From Penicillus capitatus (taxonomy: Eukaryota > Plantae > Chlorophyta), in assembly GCA_965649825.1 (NCBI GenBank), contig OZ287695.1, forward strand, positions 186,001 through 250,000: a DNA stretch of 64,000 nucleotides. Reading direction: 5' to 3'. Of the stretch, positions 59,409-64,000 are shown in pieces. Position 1 is the stretch's first letter. Each line of letters begins with the position of its first letter. Both the position numbers and the translations under genes were made by a program. The notes beneath the pieces are model-generated. The model made no database searches. It had not been told where the DNA came from and worked only from the letters and a program-made list of their open reading frames with translations.

Positions 59409-61320
59409 ATGGACACGACGTCCATGGCGTCAACATTCAAGTACTGCCATTCTTCCTTTGACAACCTCCTGTATTCGAGGCTGCCTGTTCAGAACCTGCG
59501 CTCATTGGATGCCTCGCGGCCTAAGGGGTTACCCGGTGGGTTCCGCACCGAAAACGACTGGAAACAGGAGGTGCGTCGTAGAGTACTACCCTCAGCAGTG
59601 GGTGAACTCGATGTCTAGGTACACGAGGCGATGGTCGTGGCTGAAAACGAGAAAGTGATGTCGAAGAGTCTGCGCGATGCCAGTCGACGCCTCGAAGTCC
59701 GTCGCCGTGTCTGTCGCCGATGCATCGAACGAACCGTGTGGTGGTCGCTAGGCGGATCTCAAGATCAAAGTGCAGACGGAAGAGCAACTCGTCGAAAATG
59801 CGCTGCGTCATCGTATCGCCAAGACATCGGAGCTTAAGGCGCCGCCGGCCGCCACCCTATCCCGCATCCGTGATGTGACAGGTGTGTCGTGTGTAGGGCC
59901 TCGTCGAGAAGGCGATGGATAATACGGATAGTGAGCGGCAGAGTCTCGAAGTGAGTTTGAAGAAACTGCAGGATCGCGCTCGGAATATTCGAAAGAAGAT
60001 GGACATCACAGACGGCCGCGTTCAGGTTCAATAGGAGTGAGATGTGTGAGAGGGTGAGCGTTGATGTGACGGCAGTGTCGCTATGATCGACCCGCGCGGG
60101 AAATGGTGAACGATGCCGTGCAGCTGCAGCTGAAGAAACAACGCCTGATGCTGCAAAGCTACTTGGCCGGGATAGAGACACGGGCGAAAACGGCGAGCAC
60201 CAATATCCAACGCCTGGAGCAGATGCGCCACGTCCTGCAGAAGGACTTCAATGCAAAGGTGGGCGCAAAGAGGTCATAGGCAAAAGAGTGAGAGATCGGG
60301 ATGACTGCTGCAGGCCAAAGCGCTGGATATCGATCAGCAGGCGCTGCAAGGAGAGGTGCCGCAGAAAGCGGGTTGGGATCAGAGCGAGTTTGCCTCAGCC
60401 ACCGCCGCCGTTCAGCCGCATCAGTGGAGCAGGTCGGTTCGAAAGAGACACCCAGAAAAGTGTGACCATCGATGGCACCCAGGAAAACGGAATCTGCGAT
60501 CAAAGAAGCCAATCGCCTGGCACGCGAGACCGAACACTTCCGGCAGGAGTCGATCAAAATGCTGCGCGAGAATGAAGAGAAACGCAAAGAGGTAGCCGCC
60601 ATCGCTCTCCCCATCGTTACCTCGTGACCTTGGCGTTGGGCTCAGTTTGCCGCATCGCTGAATCGGACGATGCTTGAGAAGCTCAACGAGACAGAAGGGA
60701 TCAAACAGCACATCGAGTGCAAATTAGATGAAGTGCTCAAAGAGATCGAAGAGGCTAAACATCGGAAGATAGCTCTCGAGCAGGCCCTTCGCGACAAGAA
60801 GTGTGCCCACATGCGTCGAGCGAGGCTGATGTGACAGGCGTCGTACAGGCAGCCGATGGAGCTCGCCGCACAGCGGCTGTCGTGGCGAACGCGACGTCCC
60901 AGTCACGAATGCGTCAACGACGAAGCGCACCGTGCGTTGGTCGGCGAGCTGCAGCACATAACGTCCGTCACCGCATCGCTAAAGTCCAAAATCGCCGCCG
61001 TCGATCGTCGCATCCGACAGCTAGAAACCCAACGCGATGGATTGAAGGATAACATTCAAGACAAAGAACGCAGTTGGAAAGTGTGACCTCGACAGGATCT
61101 CACTCTTTTGCCCAGCACGTATGCAGGTTGACGAGACATGTGTGATGCTGGACGGACGTGTTGCCCTTGCCCATCCGCCTATGAGTGTCTGGAGCTCTGC
61201 TAGCTCGGTGCGATCGGTGGGATCCCGTCGATCGAATCTTTCTCGTGCCTCATCGGCATCGGCACAAAAGCGAGTCGCGTTTTGAATGCCGTCGAGTCAA
61301 GATGCCGTCGGTGCGTATAG
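59409..61320 (+). CDS. Tektin-like flagellar coiled-coil protein; 3' end approximate
   Basis: A multi-exon coiled coil contains the tektin-like signature RTRRPSHECVNDEAHRALVGE. Confidence 0.7.
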
Positions 61321-61480
61321 GTCAGAGATTTTGGGTCGGATCTCTCGATTGGAGGATGAGGTTGCGACGGCCCGAACGGAGAGAATTGCGCTGGAAGAGA
61401 AATTGGCCGATCTGACATCGACGTGAAAAAGGTGCGATGGAGATGGTTGTCGTGCGAAACGGGTTTCTTTGTTGAACGCT

Positions 61481-62904
61481 TTATTTTGTGCGATTTCGCA
61501 AATGTTCGAACGAACGTATGGTCCTCTGTGCCGCTTCGTCCATCGATACCTGCACAAACATTCCGCCACCCCGTGCGCGCGAGCTGCATTGGATGTCACT
61601 TGGGGTCGGTAGCCCAATTGCTCGACAGATTTTTTCGAATTGAACGCCCGGTGCCTCGTCAAGAGCTTCAGCCGACTCATGGAAAGATCGGAAGAGATTT
61701 TGATAAAGGGCTTCGTCAGCGGGAGGACCAGAAACTGAAAAATGAAGATTAGGAGGAACATAAACCAGTACGGCAGTCTACACACGGACACGCCAATTCA
61801 ACAGCCGGCGAGACACAGAAGGGCGCCGCACTTGATGTGCGGTCTCTCGTAGCCGAGTCCTTCCAGCAGATCTCCCGTAAACTGCCAGAACTTTTTGGGC
61901 TCCTGGACACGCACATGAGCAGGGAGTGAGTGATGTGACAGGGAGACGGCCGTGCTTGGTTCGTGATGAAGTAGGCTTGGCCGGCGATGGGCGAAGCGAG
62001 TGTGAGTTTTTCGGCAGCCAGCAGATGCGCTTGGACGACATTGCCCACATAGGTGAAGTCATAGATGTTCTCGCCGCTTCCAATCATGTACTGCACGACA
62101 GCTGTCCACTGAGAGACCACCATCGACGTGTCCAGCCCTCACTTTCATTTTCCCCTGCTTGGCACGTTTGACCAACGTTGGTAGCAGCAAAGCATCTCCC
62201 TCGCCGAAGATCGCGCTCGGTCTCAGAGCGCAGGTGGCTAGATGACCTCCACGACCGTTGGCAGCCAACACCATCTGCTCTCCAATTGCCTGCATCTCAC
62301 ACTCCATCTTCAATTGATCCGTTTGATCTGCAGATGAGTGGCGGCGGTACTTTGGTGGACGTGTAGTGGTCGATGGGGGGAGAGGCATAGCCTAGCTCTT
62401 CCTCGCTCTTGTCGAGGACGTCTGTTCCGTCGAAGGCGACCGATGCGCTGGAAGTGTAGATCAGTTTCTCCACCTGCTGCTGCACGCAGGCATCGATGAC
62501 GTACTGCGTCCCGTCAATGTTCACACGTCGCATCAGATCCTCACTCAATGCATTCTCAGACGTCGGTGCCGCCGTGGCCACGTGAAACACGAGCTTGACA
62601 CCTGACAGGGGCGCATTCGTGATAAGGAGCGGCAGAGTCGAGGCATCCAGCACCTTTGATGCCATTGGCCGCTTGCTCTGGCTGTGTCAGATCGCCCCGC
62701 ACAAACGTCACATCATCTGGTAATGGATCACTCTGTTGTGGAGGATTGAGATCGAAGACAGTCACATCATAGCGTCCACTATCGACCAGCTCTTTCACCA
62801 AACGTCTCCCCACGAAGCCACATCCACCTATCGACTGTCAGCAGAGGGCAATGTCGAGGAGCGAGAGAGTGACCTGTTACAAGGCACTTAGTTTTGGCCG
62901 CCAT
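61481..62904 (-). CDS. NSDHL: 3-beta-hydroxysteroid dehydrogenase / C4-decarboxylase (NSDHL/ERG26 family)
   Basis: The spliced N-terminus is MAAKTKCLVTG-GCGFVG, followed by VNIDGT, YTSSASV, YTSTK, LRPSAIFGEGD, DFTYVGNVVQAH and GQAYFITN. Confidence 0.92.
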
Positions 62905-63232
62905 TCTGAGCCTCTGCCTGCTTCTGTGCTCTTTGACGCCGCGCGAGTTCTTTGTATTCGCGGAATTTCTTCCCCGAGACCTGCTTCGCCTCAGGGGGAT
63001 ACGTGACGTAGGGCCTCTGTGATATAGAGGTCAACACAAGCAGGATTCTCCTGCGATGGCTTACGCTCTTGACGATCCAATCCAGAGCTTCAGGCGACGA
63101 GACCAGAACCAAAGCAGAGATCGGGAGTGTCACGTATAACGCGAACTTGAACGCCTAGGAACACGACAATCGCCCGCGACAGAGAAGAGTCGACGGCATC
63201 CATACTTCCAGCGCAAAACCAGTGCGAGCCAT
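62888..63232 (-). CDS. PET100: PET100-like cytochrome c oxidase assembly factor (81 aa)
   Basis: Exons 63232-63206, 63154-63065 and 63016-62888 give MARTGFALEAFKFALYVTLPI...SRPYVTYPPE..., matching the remembered plant Pet100 motif LExxKFxxYVxxP...YVxYPPE. Confidence 0.82.
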
Positions 63233-63558
63233 GCGTTTGGATGCCGATGCATCAATGGACACATTAAAATGGCTTCTGACAGCGACAGGTGCATGACAGC
63301 CATATCGACATGCTGGCAATGATACGACGACGCGCGGAAAACGGATGCACCCTGTTCGATACATTAGCCTACGGTTGTTCTCTTCATACATCACTCTTTC
63401 AGCTGTTCGACTGGGCAATGAATGTTGCCTCGAAGCACGGTTTGCATCTCATGTGTGTAAGTCCGTTCAAACGCGTCGTACCACGTCGATAAAACCTTAC
63501 GAGGGCAGCGCGCCATCCATTTGAGCTTTTCTGCCGTTCGATTATCCGTTGCGATAAG

Positions 63559-64000
63559 ATGAGATACGCATGGTTCACCGCGCTGCTCTCGCTCTTCCTG
63601 ACAGCGCGCACGTGCACCGGCAGTTGGAGTAAGGCCATTACATCGGTGAACTTTTCGAAGACGGCGGATGCGCTGTGTATCCTAGATGCGGTCTGGCGCA
63701 ATACATCCGACGGCCGTCCACACCGAGACGTTCAGGTGTATCCCGCAGCCGTTTCTAAATGCCGATCCTTCATGCTCGGCCTGTTGTCACACAGGAATTC
63801 GAAACAGGCTTTCTGAATTCCCTTCTTCCTGACGTGCTCGACAAGATCGAGCGTGACCGAGTGGAATCTGCCGGTAATGCGATGACACCGAACATCGTGG
63901 TATGCACATTGCGTTCCAAAACGAAGCTTTTCAGAAATATGTGGTGGTAGGGAGGACACAAGGCCCCTGTTGGAAGATTCCCTTACATGTGTAGCATACG
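63559..64000 (+). CDS. 5' part of another secreted trypsin-like protease (T7), truncated by the window
   Basis: The signal peptide is MRYAWFTALLSLFLTARTCTG. After two introns the sequence reads MTPNIV-GGHKAPVGRFPYMCSIR. Confidence 0.8.

Noticed and set aside
1-64000. tRNA, rRNA, snRNA genes or telomeric repeats
   Set aside because: Isolated GTTCGA-like words lack cloverleaf context, and no rRNA-like or tandem TTTAGGG/TTAGGG tracts were seen. A covariance-model scan would be needed to exclude small RNAs.

Overview
This is compact, gene-dense eukaryotic DNA with many 43-72 nt spliceosomal introns and the standard genetic code. The gene set (APE1, plastid-targeted membrane proteins, tektin, a VFL1/LRRCC1-like centriolar protein, ubiquitin-like PI4K-gamma) points to a flagellate-stage green alga, plausibly an ulvophyte or Bryopsidales-type genome (inference). 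Housekeeping blocks lie at about 2.9-22 kb (cactin, CAP protein, SurE, PI4K-gamma, LRR coiled-coil protein, RBOH) and 48-63 kb (TrmA, a large kinase, APE1, Exo70, tektin, 3-beta-HSD/decarboxylase, PET100). They flank a fast-evolving ~25 kb island (22.9-47.9 kb) holding an NLR-like NACHT-HEAT gene and a relic of a paralogue, six trypsin-fold protease loci, a ~15 kb-period segmental duplication and two solo-LTR-like insertions. The most striking system is a family of signal-peptide trypsin-like proteases fused to ankyrin arrays. Each array has a DARPin-like layout: a 174-nt N-cap exon, then n phase-0 exons of about 99 nt encoding one repeat each, then a C-cap exon, with n=6 in one paralogue and n=22 in the other. 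Other highlights are a duplicated trypsin paralogue whose catalytic Ser is replaced by Cys (GDCGG), and PET100 and sterol 3-beta-HSD coding sequences that overlap on the same strand with a leaky-scanning bicistronic signature. All gene models were spliced by hand; no database searches were run.
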